A stretch of DNA of 63,690 nucleotides, counting the filler, from Octopus bimaculoides (Eukaryota), in the NCBI RefSeq assembly GCF_001194135.2. It is 3 parts of 3 records of this genome, joined end to end, with 100 filler letters (N's around TTAATTAATTAA, not from the genome) between each part and the next. Parts side by side here need not be neighbours in the genome. Positions count along the whole stretch, not along the records: positions 29,910 to 60,921 come from NC_068984.1; 2 more parts are not named here. One strand, given 5' to 3'. Each line of letters starts with the position of its first letter. The first letter of the stretch is position 1. The notes under the pieces were generated by a model. That model saw only the letters and a list, made by a program, of their open reading frames with translations, made no database searches and was not told where the DNA came from. Below are positions 36,843 through 50,195 of this stretch, in pieces. Made by a program: the position numbers and the translations under genes.

Positions 36843-38544
36843 TTACTGTTGAGAAATTGGTTGATCACTGTCGTTCGACGACGAGAATTCAGTTGTTACA
36901 TCAATTGAATTATCTGCTTCAGAATTAACCTGCACGTAACTGAGATTTCCGCAGACACATGTACCTTCAGCGTATTTCTCAAGCAGACTCAACAAAATTC
37001 AATGTACGACAAGATAGAATTATAGATAGTATTCACCCGACGGGTGTTATATATAATAGATCAGCTATAATATGTGCAAGTAGTTTTAGAAAAACTGCAG
37101 CAGATGTTACAAGTATTAGAATCACTGTAACATATATATTAGAAGAGATGAAGAGAATCTATACATATATGAGAAAAATGTAGTATATATAAATATATAT
37201 GAGAAAAATGTAGTATATATATATATATATATATATATATTGAAAAAGGAAAATGCATACACTTTACATAGTTTTAATATATTTTTAATATATTTCATAT
37301 TGTGTTTGTCGACCGGTTTCGTTTTCGCTAATCACAGACCCAAACTGGGGAACATGCCCCTACCTACTTCAAGGCTCAGATTTCGTTTTCAAACAAGAAG
37401 AGAGGTTCACGATTAAAACCAATTTCACTTGTGCTTCTGAGGATATGATTTATGTAATAAACTGCTCGTGTTGTGGATATCACTATATAGGATAGACCAG
37501 TAGACATGAAGATGGAGAACCATCTATATAAAGAGCAAATCTGGTTCCCGCAATGCAGACAGATTCCTTTAAGTGAACATATAGAGAGATGTGCAGGTAA
37601 CATCAAACCGAATTTCACAGTTTTCCCCTTCTACCCGTGCAAAGACACAATTTCTATACAAGAACGTTTAAATAAAGAAACTTTATTCATCGAAAAATAC
37701 AAAACACGTCTAAATATGCACGCATAAGCAACTTTGATCTTTATACATATTTTAATTCACGATTACATACCCATCATTGAATTTTTGTGCATATATATTT
37801 CCCCACTACCACCAAAGATGAACTATTATCTCCCTTGTTCACAATAATAACGATCACTAATTACTTCCCCTTAGTTTTTTTCTACTTGGTGAATCATTCA
37901 TTCATAAACTCTACACACAACATGGACAAACAATTTTTTTCTTAAGAAAATAGTAAGCACACTCTAACGTATGGAGCAGTAGAAGAGGTTATAGGTTACT
38001 GGCCATTAAGGTCTGAAGAAACGTCGTAAAGTTAAACGCTTTATGGACGTGAAACCCAGGGTAACCCCATAGACTAGCCATAACTATCTTTATATATATA
38101 TATATATATATATATAAAGATAGTTATGGCTAGTCTCTCTCTCTCTCTCTATCTCTNNNNNNNNNNNNNNNNNNNNNNNNNNNNNNNNNNNNNNNNNNNN
38201 NNNNNNNNNNNNNNNNNNNNNNNNNNNNNNNNNNNNNNNNNNNNNNNNNNNNNNNNNNNNNNNNNNNNNNNNNNNNNNNNNNNNNNNNNNNNNNNNNNNN
38301 NNNNNNNNNNNNNNNNNNNNNNNNNNNNNNNNNNNNNNNNNNNNNNNNNNNNNNNNNNNNNNNNNNNNNNNNNNNNNNNNNNNNNNNNNNNNNNNNNNNN
38401 NNNNNNNNNNNNNNNNNNNNNNNNNNNNNNNNNNNNNNNNNNNNNNNNNNNNNNNNNNNNNNNNNNNNNNNNNNNNNNNNNNNNNNNNNNNNNNNNNNNN
38501 NNNNNNNNNNNNNNNNNNNNNNNNNNNNNNNNNNNNNNNNNNNN

Positions 38545-38581
<37 letters not shown>

Positions 38582-40071
38582 GAAGAGATACAGTAGATTT
38601 TTATGCAATCCTTTCTTCTGTAGACACAAGACCTGACATTTCAAGGTAGGCAGTTAGTCGATTACATTTGACTCCAGTGTTCAACTAGTACTTATTATTT
38701 TATCGACCCTGAGGAAATGTCTGCATATTTAGAACTCAGAACGTAAGGACGGACGAAATGCCGCTAAGCATTTTGCCCGGTGTCATAACGGTTCTGCCGG
38801 TTCACCGCCTTAGTAGATATTTTACGCATTGGTTTCAAATTTTGACACATGGCCTGCAAGTTCGGGGGAGTGAAAAAGTCGATTACATCGCCCCCAGTGT
38901 TTAACTGGTACATATTTTACGAAGCAACGTACACCAATCTATTGCAAAATAACTTTTGCTTATTTTTTCTAGTTACATAAAATACAATCCCAACTTCAGC
39001 CCACATTTACATTAATCTGTGCATTTCTCCACTAAGCTCTGCATAAATCAACACAAATCTCAAAAACGCAGGATAGTGAGGAATATTATTCAAAATATTT
39101 CGACACTAGCCAAACAGAAATAATAAACAAAGAAACGTTATTGTGGAAGTTGAAAATTTAATTTAGATTTACTTAATAAGCCGAAATTTCGAAATATAGA
39201 AATGTATATGCAATCTTAAATATGTACATTTTCTTCATTTGATTTTTTTGGTTTTTCAAATGTGAGAGAAAATAATATTATTTAACTATTTTGTAAATAT
39301 GTCTAAATTTAGCAATGTTTCAAAATTTAATTATCATAGAATAATATTATAATATAAAATTTACCTCCTTTCGCAAATATAGGCACCACTCTCTTCATTA
39401 GTGCAAACACAAGAATAATCACAACCATCTAACCAGGTTTCACCTTTTTTGTATTTCTTGCCGTTAGTATAAACACAGCCACCTAAAATACACAACAATT
39501 ACATATTGTTATTAGTATTAAAAAAAAAAGCAATTATATCTCACAAGCTAAGTAACAGTTGAGAATTAATACGTGTGCGTGTATGTGTGTGTGTTCTTAA
39601 TTTAGTAAACACAGCGTAGACAAATATTTTGAAGCCTATTTACCATTAAGATATATGTGTTTGAAGATGAAGATCATTGTGGAAACTTATTTACATACAG
39701 ACTTCGACAACTTATTTTTTGAGAATATAGGTAAGTCTGCGAATATGCAATCGCGCGCGCTATCACGTTTACTTTAGTAATAATAACCCTATTGATTAAT
39801 ATGCACTTCCAAAATATATTAGCTTTAGACAATCTTTTATATATAGAAACTTATGTATGTAAGCACGTGTATGTGCTTAGACCGTTGACCAACACCATTC
39901 AATTTTTTTTCTCCGTGTTTTTCTCCTTGTTTTCTCCGTATTCTTTCTGTTGAAGAGCGTAGCTCGAAACGTTAAAGACTTTCTGTATTCCCGAGCGTCA
40001 TACTAATACATCCTTTTGTTGTTTACACTACCTGTCCTCGTCTGTTATTGTTTTTTTTTTCGTACATTCTC

Positions 40072-40106
<35 letters not shown>

Positions 40107-43100
40107 CGAGATGCATCTTGTAATCATCTGAAGAAGCACATCTACACTGATGGATACTCCTAAACCAGTGTTCAGTATCCCCACCCGTGAGAGAACTATA
40201 GTAGATGGATCGAAACAATTGTAGTAATGAATAAACATTCTCGTATCTTCCATTTTCCGTCTCTCTCATTAAGCAAATACCCAAAGAACACTGAAAGTGA
40301 ACGGGCTTTACAGGTAAGCTACGAGGTTTCATCATATACGACAGCTGTTTCGGACATCGTTCAATTTATGATAATTATGATAGATATCAGCAGTATCAGC
40401 AGCAGCAGCAGCACCACCACCACCAGCAGCAGCCCCACTAGCAGCACCACCAGCGACAGCAGTACGAAAAGGATGTGTTGAAATACATTATTGCACATAG
40501 AAAACGGAGATTTAAGTTCAACGAGCGGTCGATATATTATCGCCATACCTAAGTGTCTTTAAGAGAGTTGACTTTGTTGCAAGGAATACGAATAAACCTA
40601 CAGTTTGAAAACAAACAGTTCGTTGACACACTATTTCACATCCTCTCCATTCCCATTATAGTATCGATACATAGTCACGTGGAACTGAACTCGAAATCAT
40701 GTGGTTGGGCAGCAAAATTCTAACCACGCAGTCACGCCTGCGCCTGTTTGCTAACTATATAAAAGTGATAGACGTAGTTGAGTCTAAGCTTCAGGGCATG
40801 AGTAGTTTTTTCTATTTTCTTCCTTTTTTCGTTAGCTTTTGTCAGAGAAAAAAACATGAGCAGGGCGTACATTCCAGAGGGATGACGTTGTGGACGTAGC
40901 TGTTACTGCGAATATGAGAAGCGGAGAAGAAAAGAACTGAGTAAACCAGGAGTACCTTAGGAAGTGCTGGCAGGATATCAACCAGCTCCGGGAAACCAGA
41001 CGCATTTGTAGCATCAATGATAAAAGCACAGAATGGAGACAGCGTACCTGAAGGTCGCAGGCTGGAGATTGTGTATGGTTTTATATCACAATAATAGACA
41101 TATCCGTGACCAGAGACTAGTGTCTGTGTGTGAATTTATATAAATTAGTCTATGAAATTATCTTTGAATACATTCTAGACGTCTGTAGCACCTTTGATGC
41201 GAGTAGCTTTGTCAATATCACAGTTGCAGGAGCAGTAGTCTCTTTGTAAAGGATAAGAAACTGTCGGTGGTGGGTGGGGATGGAGGTAAGGCATTTTCTG
41301 AATCTGAAGTGATAGACTAGTTTTGGAATTGGAATCTTTGCTACGTTGAACATTTGTTTTCGCCAGAAGAAATCTATAGTGGTAGTGGAAAATCAACATT
41401 AAAGTATTCATGGTGATTTTAGTTCCATTGTTTACGTATATGAAGTGCAGTGTGACAATGTTTTCTAAATGCATACAGTGATGTTTTCTGCAGAAGGAGA
41501 CAAGATTGGCACACTCCCCCATTGTAAGATGTTTTCTATTTACTGGCAAGGAGTCAACTAAACTTTGGTGAGATGTGGTGAATAGGTCAGGTTTGGATGT
41601 GGAAAGTTAGTGTGAAATAAAGGTGATATAATCTCCGTTGAAGCGGGTGTTGTTTGAAGTGGAAAAAAGTAGGAATTTGCTTATAGCAAGAAGAATTACT
41701 ATACACTCATCACATCTTACAGCCATACGAAAATATTTTTTAATAAATCTAACGGACTTTCTTTCGCCACACCCTTATCCAAAAGCTTCAGACAAGCATT
41801 GGTCATAACCATCATTACATACTGACAAGTAAACCGAATCATTTATACTTCTCTAAAACAAGTTATGTAACCACAATCTCTAACTTCTCTACATTTCAAG
41901 ATCTTTTCGAAAAGCACCCGCTCCGTTTCTACAGAAGTCTATGTCCTTAACACTCAATGTTCTGGTTTAGACATTAGCGTTAAAGAATACTGGTTATTGT
42001 GGTTGAAATTATTATCCCTTCTCTATTCTCAAAAGTGTATTCGCCATCACTACCTCTCTCTGAATTCTTTTACACCCAACAGTTGCTCGGCAATCTGTAT
42101 AATAATTTGCTTTTTCCCCAAGTCGTCCTCCTAAGCGACTTCAAATCACAATTTTTCTTGTCTCTATCTCATTATTCTCTCATCAGTATCGCAGATAAAT
42201 CATATAGTTTTGTGATCTGTCTTAGCTTTATCTCTGACTAACAGTGTATTTCTTCAAATACACTGAACCCTTTTCTCGACCCTATATTAACCTTTAGCTA
42301 ACAGTCAAAGTTTCTGACTCTTGGTGATTTATATGATTACCGCCTAGCCTTTCCACTTCATCCTACCCTCGTCATCATGCTCATACCTCTGGTATTCATA
42401 CAGCAAATTTTCATCTTACACATATCCACAGTAACTAACCAGATGATCATCAACTTAAGTACATGCTTCCACATCATAAGATCATAGTTCACAAACATGT
42501 CTTGAAGACACATTGAACATTACAGTACACGATACAAAAAGTACAGATTAGTCGTGGCTGGAATGCATTTGGTGATAGTTCTACTCAATCAGAGATGTTC
42601 GATAATGGAGGAAACAGCAGCAAAAAATTAACACTTATATATTAGTTTACTACGTATATAGTGTCTACTTTATACTGCGTGTATAGTCTTCATATGGTGT
42701 TGAGCTATGCTTCATTAAGGGCTCTAGTTACAGCCAAGATAGATTCCGAGTAAGAGAATGCTGTTTCTTAGGACACACTACTATGAACTGTAGTTTAAGG
42801 TCACAATGTAATGCCCGTATAGAGATACGAACCGTTGACTTCTCAGATTGCAGACTGACATTGTGACAAGTCTGCTAGTAGCTGCTGTCTTCAGTGTTGT
42901 CGTTATTATTGGTGAAAATATGCAGAGATTTGTCTCACTTGCTCCATATGCTGATTATTTTTGTTGAGTTTACTTTGACACCGATCTGTAACCGATTTAA
43001 ATGAAAGTGATGTGCCAAGAACATGACATATTGTCCAAAAATTATGGTAATATAGGCAGTACCACGCCACAGTCTGTTCAATTGGAAAACTTGGCCTTGT

Positions 43101-46100
43101 CAAGAAAACAAGAGAAATCAATAGTATCTTACTCACTGTTCACAAGTTCTTGAACTCTACATTAATATTAACCGACGAAAGTTACATATACTTGAAGTAC
43201 TAACCTTAGATTTCACCATGAATGCAATTTAAAACAAAATCGACGTTAAAATGTGCGTCTTATAAAGTCAATCATTCTAAATACTACATTTACAGATGAA
43301 CAAATTTTCAGTAGAGTATAAGGTTAGACTATGTCTAGACTAAAAACAATATTTATTATTCGCATAAAAAGCATTACCACACCTTTAGGATCACTTGTAA
43401 CTTTTCCGACTCCTTTTTTGGGTTTACCATATTTTGGTATAATAGTATGAGTGGAATTGCACTCTGGAATAACACAGCATGGTTCGCCTGGGAAATCAAC
43501 AAGTCGACAATCATTGGGGAGGTCTTCAAAAATGGGGCACCTGATAGAAAAGACAATGAAAATTAGAAATGTTATTTTTTTATGCCATATAGAATTACGA
43601 TCGCTCTATCATTTAATAATTATAGAAACTGCATTCCTAAAGCTTTTCTACAATCCCAAACTCTACATTCATTCGTCTTCTCAATAAATATATAACCTTC
43701 TGCTTCATTAAACAAAATTGAAAGTGAGTAGAAAATAGTTGACAAAATTGTATAAGTTAGTTATTCGGGTGGAGGTGCAGAAATCTGACGTTTCTGGCAA
43801 GGCCTTCCATTGGAGGAAGAACCCTACTCGAAATGTCAGACAGCGTCTCTTCCTCGCGACAAACTAACTTATATTACTTCCTGAGTTGTATGTATTTACT
43901 ATTTATTGATGCAAACCATCTGTAGCTTCTTCATTTATTTCTATTATTCCACGTTTATGTGATGGACAAATTTCCCTCAAATGGATATATTAAGCATCGC
44001 ATTATTATAAGAGAGTAGTGTAAGGTTATTTTATTTCAAGTATCTGTTTTATTCAACAGAGGAAATTTCTTATAGTTATAAAGTTTTGACTTTTCCTTAA
44101 TTTTCGTTAGTGCTTGAAATTTTTATTATGCACTTTATTTTCATTACTATAGAGAGATGTGAAATATATAGAGAAATGATGGAGTGCAAAATAAGTTCTT
44201 AAAATGTTTTAATCTACATCCAATCTGTTTACTAAAATAAGGTGGTTATTCACGATCACAATTGAATCATCAACGCACCTCATTTATAAATATTTTCATG
44301 GCGTTATTCACGACCAACGACTGAGTAACAATGGCAACTGATGTACTTATTACATTATTACTGTGGAATGTCATAAATAAACATGAGTTAGTGCTCGTAT
44401 CTAGTTCGCTGTCGAAATGAACTTATATCAAACCTCATTTACTTTTGCCTTCTTTCAATTTTGAGTCAATGACAAAATAGATGCTACGAAACAGGACTTG
44501 ACTTGTTGAACTTCAATGACCTTTAAAAAGTGAACTCTTCCTATTTCCTATTCAATTTCGTTCTCTTCACTAATGGCGCTAGTACACATATGAAAGCTAT
44601 GAACATCAAATAATCCCGTTCACTTTCCATTGAATCTTTGTGAGCAAAAAACCTTTCTGAAGATAGCATACGCTGTAAATTAACCATAAGTCAGATCCAT
44701 GACACCTTTTCGACTCTAAAGGCAGCTGATTCATTTCTCTTGTGATTAGGAAAGAAATTGATTTCCTAAGGTACTATTTAATAGAATTATTAATTTGTAT
44801 AGATATTAATTTAAAATGGAGCTCAGCAACCAATAATCTGAGTTTGTGCTTTCTTCAATTCCTAAATGGCACCATTTTGCCTTCCTTACTCTGATGCTGC
44901 CTCCCGAAAGGTCATGCATATATAACAATAATGTTAATTCCCTTTATGATTTTGTTCTTCCATGACTCAGGAGGAAATCATTGTGACCATTAACCTGATT
45001 ATTAGTTTTACTTCTGCGCATAATTTTTATGAGCATTATTGTAGTCATATTATCACCTAGAGACATAACCATTACCTTTTAAGCTATTATTTAAAACAAT
45101 TTTTATCCTTTATTTATTATATTTATTTATTCATTTTTCTTTTGCTGTCTTTAGGAAACGAAGGGTTATTAACTTTTATTGCCATTATTTAGATTTCCAA
45201 AGATCGAAACATTGGCTAATCCCAAATGAATAATCCTAAATTGATAAATACCAAAATATATCCTCCACACTTGCACACATGTATACATACATACATACAT
45301 ACATACATACATACATACATAGATACANNNNNNNNNNNNNNNNNNNNNNNNNNNNNNNNNNNNNNNNNNNNNNNNNNNNNNNNNNNNATATATATATATA
45401 TATATATATATATAAAGATATATATATATATAGGGAATGTGTTTATGCGTATGTGCGCATATATGTGCGTGCAAGTTTATAATTCATAGACATTAACTTA
45501 ACTTCCCATTTCAAGTCATTGCAATCATTATTAAAAAAAACACACACATGCAATATTCCACAAATATCAGCATATTGCAATGGGTTCTTATAGTCTATTC
45601 ATATCACATTACTGTTTCAGAAAAGACAACTGTTGGATATTAAGTATTATATTCGAAAAATTTACATCGAAGAATTTATATTAAGAGAAAAATAATGAGA
45701 AAAACAGTAATAAAAGAATATGAATTATGTTGTTATTTTTCAGACCAAAACATGAATAGGAAATCTTACAATAATGAATATTTCGATCAGAATAGAGAAT
45801 GATAATGTATTACCTTTGATGACATTCATACGTCCCAGATGTAGCATTTTGACAGGTACATTGTAGTTGGCATCCATCGTTCCAGACGCTTTTCTCTGGA
45901 TGATATTCTCCTTTGTAGAGGCATCCCGCTAAAATTATAAGTATATTAAATAAAATTGATTTTAAGAAAGAAATTATTATTTTTGAGTTGTGCTACAAAC
46001 TTCTTTCTTTCATAATAATAATAATGATGATGATGATGATGATGATAAAGCTAAAGGAGATGGACAGGAAACCAAGAAATCTCTTAACAATGCGTGGAGC

Positions 46101-47537
46101 TCGTCATCCACGTGCAGACACTGCTCGCCTATACACGAAGAGAGCAAATGGAAGGAATGGGACTGATAAGTGTGGAAGACTACATGCGTATCGAACTCGA
46201 GAGCTTAATGAGATACCTAGCCCAAAGTAAGGAAACCTTGATAATGATAGTTATGAACGAGGGAGGAGAATTAAGGGTAGAGAAAAAGAGAAAACAATGG
46301 AAGAAAAACAAAAGGACATGAAGAAGAATTACGCAAGAAAGGACTTCACAATCAATTCCATGTAGCCACAGCAGAAATTGCTGGAAAAAAATAGATGGGA
46401 TTGGCTGATGAAAGGAACCCTAAAAAAGAGACCGGGAGCACTATACTGGCAGTGCAAGGTCAAGATTTGGCCACGAACTGGGGGATCAACCTTAGGAATG
46501 AGCAAGTGTCTGCGTTGAGTAGATTAAACCATTGCTCATATCACGAACGAATGCTCTAGACTTGCCCAAAAGTACTACAAGGTGTGGCAACACAACTAGT
46601 TTGAATTGCCTTCATCATTTCACTTCTTATCAACCACATGCGTTCTGTCCTGGCAAGCTTTCCTCATCTCATCAACATCGCAGTACATTTTGAGAGTCCA
46701 AACGCCATCTTAATATCATTGGAGAAAATCCGTACAGACTGGACTAGGCTGTCCAGTTCTGCCTCAGTTTTTGTGAATAGCTTAAGGGCGTCCATGGATT
46801 GCAAGTGGTTTAGTTTTCCCTAACCTCTTCCCAGATCATGCCCCACCTTTGTTTTCTGTAGTATTTCCCAGTACGAATAACAGTAGGGACACACTGTCTC
46901 CCTGGAAGATTCCTTTTGATTTTGACCTGTCTTAGGACTTGCTCATTTGCTGTCAATTCCGATCTCCAGCATTTCATGCTATTCCATATAAGGCTTCACA
47001 TATATATGAGCACGAAATGCAGAGAGTGGCGGAGTCGGAGACTTGCAAAATCCTCTGGGATTTCCCAATCCAAACGGATCATGTGCTAGAGCATAACAGA
47101 CCGGACTTAGTGGTGGGACATTCAGACTGACAGAGTAATAGAAACTAGAAGGCCTGCTTTGGTAATAGTAGATAAAGAGAATAGTAAGTGCCAGATAATT
47201 GACTTTACAATCCCAAATGATGAAAAAATTAATATGGAAGGTATAGAAAAAAATAGCAAAGTACCAGGACCTATCTATTGAATTACAGAGACTATGGAAA
47301 GTGTGAGTAAAATGTATCCCAGTATTTATAGGTGCATTGGGAACTATCCCTAAAAATCTGAACAGATGGATAGAGGAAATAGGCATAAAACCCAGTTTAG
47401 TACAGCTGCAGAAAACAATGCTATTAGGGACAACTAGGATACTTAGGAGGATTCTTGGCATCTAATGCTACTTGTTGTAGCCCGATGTTAGAATTCTTTT
47501 CTATTCCAACAGACTAATCTGCTGAGTGTACATGAAG

Positions 47538-47602
<65 letters not shown>

Positions 47603-50154
47603 TAAGAGGAAAAAAGCTTAGGGTAGATTGTAAAAAATGTTGTGGAACAATTGTTGATGCACAGCTGCTCTTAATCTCAAAGGAAGCTTATAATTACAGA
47701 CGAGGATATAGAAAAAAGAATGCATGTCATTTGGACTCGAAGCACTAAGAACCAAATTTGAGAAATATGTCTGTGAAATTGGAAGTGACATGAGGGTAGA
47801 ACATGCTCAAATAACTGCCATATTGGAGATAGTGAGGATTTTGAGATTGATACTTAGATGTTAAGTATATTCTACGGTCCTTAACATCTAAGTCTCAAGT
47901 CTTATAATACGTAGAAAGAGACTCTGTGAGACCATTGGCAACAGGTTGCTGTCCTCTCTCACAGAATTACCCAGAGCAAGATCGAGAATTCTGAGAAGTA
48001 AAATTTAATAATAATAACAATGACGACGACGACGACGACATGATGATGATGATGATGATAATGATGATGATGATAATGATGATGATGATTAAATAAAGTA
48101 AGTTATACCACAAATTTATACAAATTTAACGAGGAAGAAAATAAGATATTCTTTTAAATGACAAAGTAAACTTACAAATGTCTTTGGATATCAATCCATG
48201 TGTTGAATTGTGGATTAGTTTATTACCACCCGTAGAATTGCCTCTGTTTGATCCTGCTAGAACTCCTTGAGTGCAAGCTATTTTTTCACAGCATCCATTT
48301 GAGTCCTTTATTCTGCGGCAGTTTGGTGGTAGGACAGTGACTTTAGAACATCTAACGAAAAGTAATTTAGGGAGTACGAATTAGATCACATTACATGAAG
48401 GGAAACCCGTTTAGAAATACCTACTAAACATAATCCCCTAAAGAAAAGAGATATTAAAGCAAATGTAGAGTGTGAAACACAGTAGAGTTATAAGCCATTT
48501 CATCAGACTCACAGGCAAAAAACCAACAATTACAACTCTACAGATATGTTCTGAATATACATAGAATTTGGTGGTGGTTGTTTAGGGGGAAAGCATACAG
48601 AAAGCTAACATTTTCTTCAGCATTTCCGGTTCGCTTCCTAAATAAATAGATACTTTTATAACCAGGTTATCCTTAAATTATTGTTTCCTATAAAGTGTTT
48701 AAACGTTTCTTCGCGCTTATGCGATCTCACCAATGATGCACTGCCAATACATTCTTATTTAGATTATCTTTTGACATTATGATTTAATTTGTTTTTATTT
48801 CTATTATTTTGTTTTTATTTTATTCTATTATATTTTTATTTTATTCTATTATATTTTTATGTTATTGGTTTGGCATAATTGTTAATGTGTCAAGGAAAAT
48901 GACTTATCGCATTGCTTCTGGCCCTTAAGAGGAGCGGGCGTCGCTGCTCCACATTGTTCTGGCTTCAGTTACACAATAGCCTCAGACTGACCAAAGCCAT
49001 GTGTTCGGATTCGGTAGACGAAAACGAAAAGAAGCCCTTTGTACATATGCGTATGTGTGTGAGTGTATGTGTGTGTGTGTGTGTGAGCGCATGCATGTGT
49101 GTGTGTATGTGTGATACAGTGCTTGCGTTTTTGTTTCTCCACTACCACCTCTTGACAATCGGTGATGGTCTGTTTATGTTCCTGTAACCTAGAGACTCGG
49201 CAAAGAAAACCGATAAAGTATCAGGCTTTAAGACAATGAAGCCTGAGGTTCAGTTGTTTGACTGAACCCTTCAAGACGGTACCTCAGCATGGCTGCAGTT
49301 CAAAGACAGAAATAGATAAAAAATAAACATAAAATATATTATATTATCTTATTTTGCTATCTTTGTCTTTTGACATTTTTAAAATTAGCTAGATCATGTT
49401 ATTCTAAATTTTATACTACTTTAACTTACTGTCATGTGTATGAGCTCTTCTCTGATATTAGAATCGACAGCCAAATAAACTGCTTTCAAAAATATTTATA
49501 AAATATGTATTTGAATCATTTATTTTTCATTTCTTTATGGCAGGAAACTTAATAATCATAAAACGAATGTCAGGCTAAATAGAGCTATCAATAACATCGA
49601 CACAAATTCATGTTCTATCATTGCCAAATACACACACATACATACATAAATACATACATACAGATACATTCACAGACAGATATCAACTGCAAGCATGATA
49701 AAGATGTTCAACTGGCTAAAATATGTTCTATGTACAAATTATATATATCTTGTGATAAACGTTCATGTTTTTAACTTTTTAATTTAAATTCATTTACATC
49801 TATTACAAACTTTGAAATATTCCTAATTTTGTACAAAATTCTTCCTCTTTCTCTCCTCGTGTCACTTTCTCTCACGATATATACATATATGTATATACAT
49901 GTGTATACACACATACATATATGCACACGGATATATTCTTTTAACTTGTTTCAGTCATTTGACTGCGGCCATGGTGGAGCATCGCCTTTAGACAAACAAA
50001 TCGATCCCAGGACTTATTCTTAATAAGCCTAGCAATTATTTTATTGGTATGTTTTGCCTCTAAGTTACGGGGACGTAAACGCACCAGCATCGGTTGTCAA
50101 GCTATGGTGGGGGTCAACCACAGACAATCAAACACATACATATATATATGTGTG

Positions 50155-50195
<41 letters not shown>

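Noticed and set aside
44655-44685. CTGAAGA-TAGC-ATAC-GCTG-TAAA hammerhead-like stretch
   Set aside because: It lacks the GAAA core and has no stem III, so it is likely chance.
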